From positions 174,654,924-174,718,923 of the forward strand of contig NC_090374.1 of assembly GCF_036365525.1 (NCBI RefSeq): 64,000 nucleotides of DNA, read 5' to 3'. The position numbers and the translations under genes are program-made. The stretch is from Heterodontus francisci. Taxonomy: Eukaryota. Below are positions 51,171 to 62,795 of this stretch, piece after piece. The notes below the pieces were generated by a model, which searched no databases, had not been told where the DNA came from, and saw only the letters and a list, made by a program, of their open reading frames with translations. Position 1 is the first letter of the stretch, and every line of letters starts with the position of its first letter.

Positions 51171-52596
51171 TGACACAATGAGATGCCACTGTATGACATT
51201 GCTAAGTCTGGGCAGTAGGAAATCCAGGATGGTCTGAAGTAATTTTCAGGTGGGGGCTGTAAATGAGTCCACAGCACTCCCACCTGATACTGATACTTAG
51301 AAATGTAACTGAAGAGTTCAAACCACAGAATTATACAAAACAGAAGGCCATTCAGCCCATCATCCCTGTGAAAGAGCTGTCCATGAGTCCGACTCTCCTG
51401 TTCTTCCCTCATGGCCCTGCTTCTGTATGAAAATTGGGTCCTAGTTAGTCTTAAGATCCAGTTTTCAATTCTTCAGGTGCAAATGGCACAAAGTGCATAA
51501 TGTCCATTAGCCCACTTCTGCTAGGGCACTGAGCGGCTTAATTTCCAGCGGTGAATGGTTGTGACTGTTTCAATACAAAGAATTTTGAGTGAGCAAACCT
51601 CTGAAAAGAAGGCAAATCTGATATTCATCAGGGAACTATTCTTCTGTGTACACATATTCACTTTAGATATATGTTACACCTGCACAATGGCACTTCAGAG
51701 CAATTAGTATTCAGGGATGAGATCTACAGTGCCTGAAGGGATACCTGGCTGTGTAGCCACTCTACTGATACATGATTTGAAGTGCATTTGGTAAATTTAC
51801 TGAGGATTTTTTTTGCTTATTTCTCTGCTGAATGTTCAACCAGGTACCAGTAAGGTCCCTGTCAAAATTCTAAGCCAATTTGACACTACACTCACTTCTT
51901 GGTGCATTTTGCTTGGTGTGAAGGCCTACTCATTTATCACATTGCTGTTTGTGGGATCTTGCTATGCAAAAATTGGCTGCTACGTTTTCCAACATTACAA
52001 CAGTGACTACATTCCAAAAAGTACTTCATTGGATGTAAAGGCATTTTGGGAGGTCCTAAGGACATGAAAGGAGATAGAGAAATGCAAGCCTCTCTTTCTA
52101 CTCCAACAAAGGAACAACGAACATGCTTTTTCAAATATATACACCACTCTGCTGTGAATCATGCCCTTTCAGTCACTGATATCAGCTTGCGAAGCAAAGA
52201 AGTGTGCAAATCATAGAATCATACAGCAGAGGGGGAGGCCACATGGCCCATTGTGCCTGTGCTAGCTCTTTGAAAGAGCTATCCGATTAGTCCCATCACT
52301 TTCTCTTTCTGTATTGCCCTGTAAATTTATCCTTTCCAAGTATGCATCCAATGACATTAATTTTGGTTTGTTCTAGCAAAAGGCCAATACAGACACAATG
52401 GGTCTCCTGTGCTGTGAATATTTATGGTCTTCTATATATCTGGTTAAGTTGATCCCTTGAGGGATTTTTCAGTGAATTTTGCTCTTAATCTTTTTCCGTC
52501 AATATGGAATAAACAAATTTAGTAGAAGTAACAATAACTTTTTTTTCAGAAGGAAAAATGGCATATCAATTATTTACCCTATCTGTTGGAGATTTA

Positions 52597-52840
52597 GAAT
52601 CACAGAATCATACAGCACAGAAATAGGCCACTTGGCCCATTGTGCATGTGCTTGCACTTACAAAGAGTTATCCAATTAACCTTACGCTCCCTGCTCTTTC
52701 CCCATAGCCCTGTAAATATTTTGCCTTCAAGAATTTATCCAATTCCCTTTTGCAAGTTACTATTGAATCTGCTTCTACCGCCCTTTCAGGCAACACATTC
52801 CAGATCATAACAACTTGCTGCGTAAAAAAACTCTCCTCAT
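52597..52840 (-). mobile_element. CR1 3' fragment
   Basis: FFTQQVV.IWN.LPE remnant and tail. Confidence 0.7.
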
Positions 52841-53134
52841 TTCCCAACCTGGCTCGTCTGAAAATGTTTAATGCAACGTTTAAAATCTCGTTGGGAGTGC
52901 AATTCATGGCGACAAACTGGTAATCCATTCATGCACCCTGCATTGGAAAAATAAGTTGAGAATCTCATTTATCCTTTTTTTTTGGCAAGTTTAAATCATC
53001 ATGGATTAGAATTTGCTTTACTCCTGAGACTTACTAGGTAACAAGAACTTTCAGAATACCAGGCAGTTCATTATAACATACAAAATCTCGCTTCCCTTGG
53101 ATACCACAATTTACAGCAATAGAGAAAAGAGATG

Positions 53135-53420
53135 CTAAACCGAAAAGCCTCTGCCCTCTCGAGTGGGTATAAAAGATCTTAAGGCACTGTTTCAAAGAAG
53201 AGCAGGGGAGTTCTCCCCAGTGTCCTGACCAATATTTATCCTTCAACCAACATCACGAAAAAAATGATAATCTGGTCATTATCTCATTGCTGTTCATGGG
53301 AGCTTGCTGTGCACAAATTGCCGTGTTTCCTACATTACAATAGCGACTACACTTCTAGATAAAGTGCTTCATTGGCTGTAAAGCGCTTTGCAGTGTCCTG
53401 AGGTCGTAAATGGCTCTGTA
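53135..53420 (+). mobile_element. Deu-domain SINE (core and tail)
   Basis: Core motifs. Confidence 0.75.
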
Positions 53421-53434
53421 TTGTCTATCTATAA

Positions 53435-54182
53435 GAGCAGGGTAGTTGGGGAATTCTGTGGTAACTCATTCCTGACTCCCCAAAGCCTGTCCACCATCTA
53501 CAAGTCAGCAATGTCATGGAATACCCTCTACTTCCCTGGATGAGTAGCTCCAGCAACACTCAAGAAACTCAGGCACTGAGGATCTAATCCCTGAATACTC
53601 ATAGCTCTGGAGTGCCATTGTGCAGGTTCGTATATCTGAAATATCTAACTGTATACAGAACCATTCCCCTGAAGAATATTGGTCTTTCATTCTTTTCAGA
53701 GGTTTGCTGACTCAATTCATTGCGTTGAACCATCCAGGACAAAGCAGCCCGCTTTATCGGCACCCCCATCCACCACCTTAAACATTCACTCCCTTCACTG
53801 CTGGTGCACTGTGGCAGCAGTGTGTACCATCAACAAGATGCACTGCAGCAACCTGTCAAGGCTTCTTCCACACCACCTTCCAAACCCACAACCTCTACCA
53901 TTTAGAAAAACAGGGCAGCAGACGCATGGGAACACCACCACCTGCAAGTTTCCCTCCAAGTCACACACCATCCTGATTTGGAACTATATCGCCGTTCCTT
54001 CACTGTCGCTGGGTCAAAAACCTGGAGCTCCCTCTCATACAGCACTGTAAGTGTACCTACTACACCACACGGAGTGCAGCAGTTTAAGAAGGCAGCTCAC
54101 CACTACCTTCTCAAGGGCAATTAGGGATGGGCAACAAATGTTGGCCTTGCCAGTGACGCCCACATCCTGTGAATGAATAAAA
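53435..54182 (+). mobile_element. 3' end of the second CR1-group LINE family, with a foreign ~160-bp insert at 53571-53727
   Basis: Colinear with 40520-41110 except for the insert. Confidence 0.85.
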
Positions 54183-54909
54183 GAAATTCTATATCTATTT
54201 ATCTATCTCTATCTTTATCTATCTATAGTCTACTTTTTCTTTTCATTCTACACAGTTTATTAGGGATCAGTGCAGTTATCAACAGTTAACGAATAATTGA
54301 TGTATTAACTGGGATGTCTTTCTCAAGTAGCACCACAACACATACATACTAATGACAGACAGCTTCATGTGATTTAACCTCTGCAGCATATTATGTTCCA
54401 TTGGCTTTTGTGATCCCAATGGCAACATTAAGTAAACCTAAAACGGTGATGCTTAGAGCTGACTGTCAACTGGGCTAATTACGTGATTTATAAGGAGGTG
54501 GACTACAGGTCAGTAAATTGAACTGTGCCAAAATCTGCCTGGCGAACTTTGCTGCTTAGTTAACTAAAGAAGAACCATATTTGCCACTAAATGAGGTAGC
54601 AACAGCAGTGTAATCAAACACTACCCAAATATCAGATGTGGTTCGTTTCAATGAGAGGAGCATCATATGGCTGAGTCATTAAGATTTGGCATTGGATTAA
54701 AGAACAGATTGGAAATTGAGCTAAGTTTTGGAAAGAAATCTAAACATATCCCTCCCGAATTACTTCATGATTTAGAGGAGGGCGTTCAACACATTTGCAG
54801 GGCAAAACATTCTTTGGGGTGGGGGAGGTGTTCTTGTAACACAGGATGTTGCACCTCAATCTATCTATAATGTAAAACATTAATGTGTGGATATGTATAA
54901 AGAGAGGGC

Positions 54910-55790
54910 AGGTGTCGTCTTAGCACTTTTGCTCTGAGTCAAAAAGTCGTGGATTCAAGGCCCACTTCTTGCACACATTATCTAAGCCAACACTTTCGAG
55001 CAGCATTGAGAGAGGGTTGTAAAACTAGATGTTCCGTCTTTTGGAAGAGACATTAAGCCGAGGCTCCATGTGTCTGTCTGGGTGGGTATAAAAGATCGCA
55101 TAACAATATTTGAAGAGCAGGAGAGTTCTCCTCGATTGAGTAGGCTAGGCCTATACTCCCTACCGTTTCGAAGAATCAGACGTGGTCTAATTGAAACATA
55201 TAAAATTCTTAAGGAGCTTGACAGGGTAGATGCCAAGAAGGTATTTCCCCCGGCTGTGGAATCTAGAACACGGTGTCACAGTCTCGGCAGAAGGGGTTTG
55301 CCATTTAGGACTGAGAGGAGGAGAAATTTCTTCACTCAAAGAGTTGTGAATATTTAGAATTTTCTACCCCAGAGAGCTGTGGATGCTCAGTCATTGAGTA
55401 TATTCAAGACAGAGGTTGATAGATTTTTGGGTACTGAGGAAATTAAGGGTTATGGGGATAGTGTGGGAAGGTGAAATTGAGGTAGAAAATCAGCCATGAT
55501 CTTGTTGAATGGCGGAGCAGGCATGGGGGCTGAATGGCTCCTATTTCATATGTACTTATGTGCCCTACCTCTCAACCAACAGCAAAAATACTGCGGAAGA
55601 TGGAGGTCTGAAATGAAAAAATACTGGAAATACTCAGCAGGTCTGGCAGCATCTGTGGAGAGAGAAACATAGTTAATGTTTCAGGTCTGTGACCTTTCAT
55701 TAGAACCCATCATTCTCATTAACTCATCATTCATTTCATTGCTGTCTGTGGGACTGTGCTGCATGCAAAGTGGCTGTCATATGTGCTTAC
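54910..55790 (+). mobile_element. Deu-domain SINE containing a CR1 3' fragment (55133-55560) and a Penelope pLTR fragment (55581-55707)
   Basis: The SINE core is interrupted twice and resumes each time. Confidence 0.7.
55671..55707 (-). ncRNA. Degenerate minimal type-I hammerhead ribozyme in a Penelope pLTR fragment
   Basis: Minus strand reads GTT-CTAATGA-AAGGTC-ACA-GACCT-GAAAC-ATT-AAC. Stems I and II are intact; the core carries substitutions relative to CTGATGA / GAAACGTT. Confidence 0.6.
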
Positions 55791-55904
55791 AGCTGGATGT
55801 TGCAGTTGGCTTGAGGCGGAGAAAGGAGCAGACGAGAAGGGAAGGAAGGAGTGAAAGAAGACATTATTCGCTGACATTTTGCTGACTGGCTCAAGTAAAT
55901 AAAT

Positions 55905-56200
55905 AACTTGCACTTATAAAGTACCTTCCACGACCGCAGGGTGTTTCAAAGTATGTTACAGTGAATGAAGTACTTGTGGAGTGTAATCATTGCTGTAATG
56001 TAGGAAAAGCAGCAGCCAATTTGCGCACAGCAAGCTCCCACAAACAGCAATGTGAAAAAGACCAGATCATCTAATTTACTGCTCTTGCTTGAGGATTAAA
56101 CATCAGTCAGGACACTGGGGAGAACTCCACTGCTCATGTTCAAATTAATATCACAGGATCTTTTACATCCATCTGAGAGTGTTTAATGTCTATTCTGAAA
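55905..56200 (-). mobile_element. Deu-domain SINE
   Basis: Tail and core motifs. Confidence 0.75.
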
Positions 56201-56241
56201 GAACATGTACGCTGTGTTTTTTTTGCAGGAATGTACAGTTA

Positions 56242-56931
56242 GGCTGGTATTGTCGCCATTTTAAAAAATGGTTCCTGAGGTTGCTTTCCGATACAGAGGA
56301 TTAAACTTTATCAGCCCCAAAGAAGTTCCACTGCCAGGGCCGAAAGCAGGAGCGGACACCGCTCCAGCGGGCAGTGGGACCCTAGGGCAGCATTTTGCTG
56401 GTGGCGGCCAGTTAACAGGCGGCTGCTGGGGCTGCCATCCAATTGAGGATGGCAGCCCACTCCCCTGCACACTCCCCACCCGCTACCCTGCAGTGGTGCC
56501 AGCCCAATTAGGGTGCTGGCAGATCAACAGCCTCGCCAATGCCACTGGGAGCAGTGGCCAGTGCAGAGGCTGCAGCTCAAGGATGAAGATGCCTCAATGC
56601 TGAGACGCCCTCAAAGACTGGTGACTGTGTTTGGGGAAGCGGGGGTGCCAGCCAAGCAGGCAGGTCCCAACAATCGGTGGTGGGGGGGTGGCAGTCATGG
56701 TGCACTGGCAGCCAGTGAGGCGCGGGGTGGCCACTGCCACCAGGGGCCCCTCTGTGAGCCATGAAGTACCCATCACTGTAGTCCCCCCACCAGGGAACCC
56801 GCTGCTCGCAATATGACATGGCGGCAGGAAGACGTTGGGCTCCCCCTCCCGAAGACTTCCCCAGCCATATTTCCAGCCTTCTCACCTCCCAGCCTGTTGG
56901 AGACAGGATTTCCTGTTGGGAAATTCAGCTC
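56242..56931. mobile_element. Diverged GC-rich Harbinger-like MITE
   Basis: Ends ggctggtattg / gaaattcagct. Internal gccactgggagcagtggcc motif is shared with 58049-58797. TSD not resolved. Confidence 0.5.
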
Positions 56932-57564
56932 TCTTTGTAGGCTTTCACCTTTCTAAGTGGGCAGTTTAAGAATTCTTATGGTATTAAAAATGCTATTGTG
57001 CGTGCGTGTTTTTCTTTCTCTCCATACTGCAGAATTTCTGTCTGATGTACGAAGAGAAATGCTGATGTATATTTTGGCAGAATTTGATTTTGGAATTCTG
57101 CCAAGATCTTCCAAAATATACTTGTTTTGCAAATAAGGCAACAGTTCTTCCACAGGTCCACATTGTTTAATCTGTGTGATTACCCTTTAAGATCTTAGTA
57201 TGTTAATGAGCCAAGTACCAGGATGCAGTCATAACTACAAGCTTGAGTCACTCTGCTACTGTAACGCCTAGGAGCAGGCTCTGTAAATAAAGAGCTCTCT
57301 ACTGTCTATAATTGTTTAGCTGTAAATAAACCTGTTCGAGATCTTCAACCAACTGAACTCTACACATCAGACAACATAAAAAGAACTCATTACACTTCCA
57401 GATCCCAAATTGGGCCAGACTCAGATACAATGGCTTCCCAAATGATATTGTAAGGGATGGAAGCTCCACCTGCACCTCATAAGGTCACTTTCAAACTGCA
57501 AATCTGAGTCATTACATTGAAAAGAGAATCAATGGGGTTTGTCTTTCATATAAAATCTTTGAAA

Positions 57565-58048
57565 TGTGGCCACACAATCTGGATGTGAAGATCCTTGAAA
57601 GGGTGCAGATTGGTTCCAGTGATGGAGGATTTGGAGAAGCTGGGATTGTTCTCCTTGGAGCAAAAGAGGTTGAGGACAGATTTGATGGAGGTGTACAAGA
57701 TTATGACAGGCTTAGATAAGGCAGAGAAAGAAAAGTTGTTCCCATTAGCTGATGGTACAAGAAATAGCGGACAGAGATTTAAGGTTATGGGCAAGAGATG
57801 CAAGGGGATGTGAGGAAGAACTTTTTTACACAGCAAGTGGCAATGACCTGGAACTTTCCGCCTACGAGGGTGGTGGAAGCAGAGACGATGAATGATTTCA
57901 AAAGGAAATTGGATGAGCACTTGAGTGAAATAAACTTGCAGGGCTATGGAGATTGAGCGGGGGATTGGGACTGATTGAATTGCTCTGCAGAGAGTGGGCA
58001 TAGACTTGATAGGCTGATTGGCCTCCTTCTATGCAGTAATGACTCTAT
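57565..58048 (+). mobile_element. CR1 3' fragment
   Basis: LEKLGLFSLE..RLR.DL.EVYKIM remnant; its tail is split by a MITE. Confidence 0.8.
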
Positions 58049-58797
58049 GGTCGATATTTTACGTCACACAGGAGGCCCTGCCCACTGGCTTAAAAGTTGG
58101 GGAGAACCCACCTCCGCCAGGCCTGGGGGCCACACTAAGTTTGTGTGACTCCGGCCCTTAATTGGCCTCGGACAGGACTTCTGCCCCTCTGAAGCAGGAC
58201 ATCCCACCGCCAAGAGCTGCCAGCCAATCAGAGGGCTGGCAGTTCCTCAGTCCCAACAGCGCCACTGGGAGCGGTGGCCAATGTTGGGACTGCACCCAGC
58301 CAGAAAAGCAAGAGGGACGCGGGTCCAAAAAGGATGAGTGGAGTTTCGGGCGTTATCTCGGACAATCGACTGGGCCCTGGCGATGGGGGTGGATCAAGAT
58401 AGCGGTGGGAGGTGCTCCAGCCAGGGGGTGGCTTGTGCTGCTGGGGGGGACCCTCTGGAGGGTACAGGGTGCCTGATTAGGAGAGCCCCCTCCCAGAGCA
58501 CAAGGAGGCCACCAGGTTTAACTGGACGGCCTCCCCCGGTGGCGAGGTGCCTGGCCGTCTCTGGTAATATACCAGCAGTGGAGGGAAGAGGCCCTTAAGT
58601 GGTAATTAATTGGCCACTTCAGGGCCTCAATCGGCCTGGGATGGACTTGCAGTGTGCCGCCTCCACCGCTGCTGGTAAAATGGCAGCGGGGTGGGTAGGC
58701 AAGGAGAACAGCACCCCCCCCCCCACCTCCCACTTGACTTTACACTCTCCCCACCCACCTGCAGCCTGCTCCCTGAGGGGGGCATAAAATTTCAGCC
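58049..58797. mobile_element. GC-rich Harbinger-like MITE
   Basis: TIRs GGTCGATATTTTACG / CATAAAATTTCAGCC; perfect 3-bp TSD TAT inside a CR1 tail repeat. Confidence 0.8.
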
Positions 58798-58926
58798 TAT
58801 GATTCAACGTTACTGAAGCGCACTGCTAAAAATTTAGAATTTTTACTGTTTTGGAACAGGTGACATTAAGTGACCTTCTACCTAATCTACTGATTTACAT
58901 AGTTTTGGCTTCAGATTAAGCTACTT

Positions 58927-59445
58927 AACAACAAAAACTTATATTTATATTGCACATTTAACATTGTAATATATCCCAAGGCACTTCACTGGAGTGCTAT
59001 CAGACAAAATTTGGCACCGAGCTGCATAAAGAGCTATTCAGGCAGGTGGTCAGAGGTAGGTTTTAAGAAGCATTTTAAAGGTGGAGGGAAAGGTTTAGGG
59101 AGGGAGTTCCAGAGCTTAGGGCCCAGGCAGCTGAAGGCACAGCCGCCAATAATGCAGTGATGGAAATAAGGCATGTGCAAGTGGCCGAATTGGAATAATG
59201 CCGAGTTCTCAGAAGGATGTACAGTTGTAGGAGGTTGCAGAGATAGGGAGGGGTGAGGCCATGGAATGATTTGAGAAAAAGGGTGAGACTATTAAAATCA
59301 GCACATTGTTGGTCAGTGTGCAAATGTAGGTCAGTGAGCACAGGGGTGATGGGTGAATGGGACTTGGGTGCGTGTTAGGATTCAGACGGCAGTGTTTTGA
59401 GTGAGCTCACGTTTACAGAGGATGGAAGATGGGAGTCAATCCAGG
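58927..59445 (-). mobile_element. L2 LINE 3' end
   Basis: LTDLH...LKSFHGLTPPYLCNLL remnant; reverse L2 tail. Confidence 0.75.
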
Positions 59446-59827
59446 AAAGACGATTGAATAGCAGTTTTGAACAGCCTCGTGTGATGGTTTCTGTCAGTTG
59501 AAGAGATCAGCAGTGAACAATGAAGTCCTGTTACTATTATAAATGCATACCTCAATGATTAAAAGGTTCATTATTCACCAAGAGGCTCAACTTCCTACGT
59601 ACTTTATGCACAAAGTCAAGTTATGGTTTGTAGGAAGTCCATGCTTGCCAATGAAAGCTGGCGTTTGTATTGAGCACAAACAAAAATGTATTGATATCAA
59701 GCCAAAATTATTGGACTATCATTTCAATCAGGTTCAAACTGCTGGGATGCAAGTATCTTCCCTCTGGTTACAAGTCCAAAATTGAAAAAGGTTTGGGCAG
59801 TAGGGCGCCAATTGTTAATAGGGCTAA

Positions 59828-60105
59828 GTCAGCTGTGGCTCAGTGGGACACCTGCAGGGCTGTATTGAAGGAGTTCTGCACTGTCAAAGGTCACACCTTT
59901 CAAATGAAACATTAAACAAAGGTCCCAACTGCCTTCTCAGGTAGATGTACTATTGTGAAGAGCAGCAAGGGAGATTATCTGGTCATTATCACATTGCTGT
60001 CAGTGGGAGCTTACTGAGTGCAAATTGGCTGCTGCATTTCCTACATTACAAAACGTCAAAAGTACTTCATTGAGACATCCGAAGGTAGTGAAAGGCACTG
60101 CATAA
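59828..60105 (+). mobile_element. Deu-domain SINE, internally deleted
   Basis: Head gtcagctgtggctcagtgg; partial core and tail. Confidence 0.65.
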
Positions 60106-61309
60106 CTTTAAGTTCAATTGACAGTTCCACTCGGAAGCTGCTGCAAGATATGGATGTGTTACAGTAATACATTGGATGGGGCTTTGCCAAGGTTGTGGAG
60201 AAGTTACATTGCTGATCACATGATAAGAATCTTTATCTGACAGCTAATCCATGTTGCATCTGAGATGGGAATGCTTGATGCTGCTATTGAGTGAGCAAAG
60301 TGTCCCATTTCTCAGAACAGATGTCCCACATCATCCTGATGATCACAAAGATCCGAGCTGCAAAAATGTATATGTACTCTCTGATCTCCCGTGGCATTGC
60401 TCCAGATAATCGGGGGTTATGACGGTGACGTTTAGCTGTTAGCCTGGAGCTATGTTTTGACCTGACCTGTCCCTTTAACACACTCAGGTTCTCACTGTGC
60501 AGTAACTTATCCAATCAGGCAATCTTGTGGGCTCATGGGAAATTATTTGCTGACAGGGAAGTCTTTTGCAGGATGACAGTTCCTTTTAAATCCCTGGTTT
60601 CTGTCTTTGGGGAGAAGGCAGGTTAGTAAGGCCAGAAAATCGAATGAGAGACAAGCGGCTTTCTCGCTCTCTGTATGTGTGATGCTTTTAAGTGCAGGTT
60701 GAGAAGTGGGATGACAATTTTCTAATTACAATACAAAAACGGACAACAACAACTTGCATTTACATAGTACCTTTAACTCTGTAAAATGAACCAAAGAGCT
60801 TCACAGGAGCATTCTCAAACAAAATTTTGTCAGTAAGGAAACAAGTTTATTAATCATTTGGCTCTACGGAAAACTGCCTGTGTTACTATTGTTAACTCAC
60901 TAACATTTTGAACGCTGAATTTACCCACATTTCACTATCAACAAAAAGAATAATTAAATAGCCTATAGCAACAGATTCGTAAACAAAATAAATGGCTGGG
61001 ACACCATGGCATCTCATTTTATTTTGTTCTCATTGATTTCCAATGAAACTTTGGTGCTCCAAATGAAAAGGAAGCAGAGCTCCATAGTGATTGAAGTGAA
61101 TCAGTGACAGAGGGGAATTGAATCATCTTATATTGATCAGCGAGGATGACAGCCATGCAACTGTAAATATTCATTTTGCCTTGGGATGAGAAACACTTTT
61201 TCCTGTTTGTCTATGTCCCTCTGATTCCTTCAAGGATGTGCAAGTGGAGTTATGCTATGACACGTCCCTTATTGCATGTATTCCCGTCATCTATATAGAT
61301 GGCTAATTT

Positions 61310-62110
61310 AAGAAAGACGCATTTATATAGCACCTTTCAGGATGCTGTTACTGGCGTAGTGGTAATCTCACTGGACTAGTAATCCAAAGGCCTGGGCTAA
61401 TGCCCTGGGGTCACGGGTTCAAATCCTACATCGGCAGCTGGTGGAATTTAAATTTAATTAATTAAAATCTGGAATTGAAGTTGAATCAGTAATAGTGCCA
61501 TGAAATGATCATCGATTGTCGTAAAAAACCCACCTGATTCACTAATGTCCTTTAGGGAAGGAAATCTGCCTCCCTTACCTGGTCTGGCCTACATGTGACT
61601 CCAGACCCACAGCAATGTGGTTGACTCTTAAACTGCCCTCTGAAATGGCCTAGCAAGCCACTCAGGTCAAGGGCAATGAGGGATGGGCAACTAATGTTGG
61701 CCTTGCCAGTGATGCCCACATCCCATGAAATAATTTTTTAAAAATGACCTCAGGATGTTCCAAAGTGCTTTACAGCCAAAGAAGTACTTTTTGAAGCGCA
61801 TTCACTATTGTAATATAGTAAATACAGCAACCTATTTGCACACAGAAAGCCCCCACGAACAGCAATTTGATAAGGAGCAGATGATCTATTTTAATGATGT
61901 TGGTTGAGGGATAGATATTGCACAGGACACTGGGGAGAACTCCCCTGCTCTGCTTCAAAATAGGGCCATGGAATCTTTTGCATGCCTCTGAAGAGGGCAG
62001 AAGGGGCCTCAGTTTGACGTCTCATCCGAAAGCTGGCATCTCCGACAGTGTAGCACTCCCTCAGTACTGCAATGGGAGTGTCAGCCTAGATTATTTGCTC
62101 AAGTCTCTGT
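61310..62110 (-). mobile_element. Deu-domain SINE split by a second SINE family
   Basis: Tail ..cctttca|tgacctcagg.. is restored when 61340-61744 is removed. Confidence 0.75.
61340..61744 (+). mobile_element. tRNA-derived SINE with Meta/MESC-like core; 3' tail shared with the second CR1-group LINE
   Basis: A-box tggcgtagtgg, B-box ggttcaaatcc; core ttcactaatgtcctttagggaaggaaatctgcc; tail caagggcaat.agggatgggcaa..gcccacatccc. The core assignment is from recall. Confidence 0.75.
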
Positions 62111-62404
62111 TCAAGTTCCAGTTAAATAGGCATAAGTGAAAAATTATCGGCAACACATAAACTGCCTCCAGGGAAATCTTAGCTAGCATAAGCAAATGCT
62201 GACTCATCTCAGTCACCATCCTAAGCACCTGCTGTCAGCTTTACTTTGATGATTCTGTTCTTAATGCTGCTGTTTGTTCTGTGTGGAGCACGGGACAAAT
62301 AATTTAAGATGCAGAACTGCAGTATTTGGATATCCTGATGGCTCAACGCATAAATGCAATGCCCAACATGCCAATGGATCATCGGACAAAGGTAGTTACT
62401 TGGT

Positions 62405-62795
62405 GTCAACCATGGTTCAATGTTTAGCACACTTGCCCTAGTACCAGATGGACTGTGGATTCACATCCTGCTTCAGCGTCTCAACAGAAAATCTAAGTTG
62501 ATACTCACAGTGCTGTACTGAGGGAGTGCTGCACTACTTTGAGATGCCATCTTTTGGATAAGATGTTAAACTGAGATCCCACCTGCCCTCTCAGGTGGAC
62601 ATAAAAGCACTATTTGAAAAACAGAAGTTGCCCTGTTTGATATTTATTCTTCAACTAGCATCATTGAAATAGCTTGTGGAGCTGCAGTACTGCACTGGGA
62701 GTGTCAGGCTGGATGATGTACTCAAGTTTCTGAAGTGGGATTTCTCCCCTTCTGATTCAGAGGCGACAGTGCTACTCACTAATGCATGGCTGACA
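62405..62795. mobile_element. Two Deu-SINE fragments in opposite orientation (62405-62670 +, 62680-62795 -)
   Basis: Head and core on +, followed by a reverse head. Confidence 0.6.

Noticed and set aside
54667-54870. Protein-like 67-aa ORF (also 59543-59785 and 60284-60514)
   Set aside because: Short, with no recognised domain; such ORFs are expected by chance.
57173-57376. Short LTR-like segment (tgtg...acaaca with AATAAA)
   Set aside because: No TSD and no second copy in the window.
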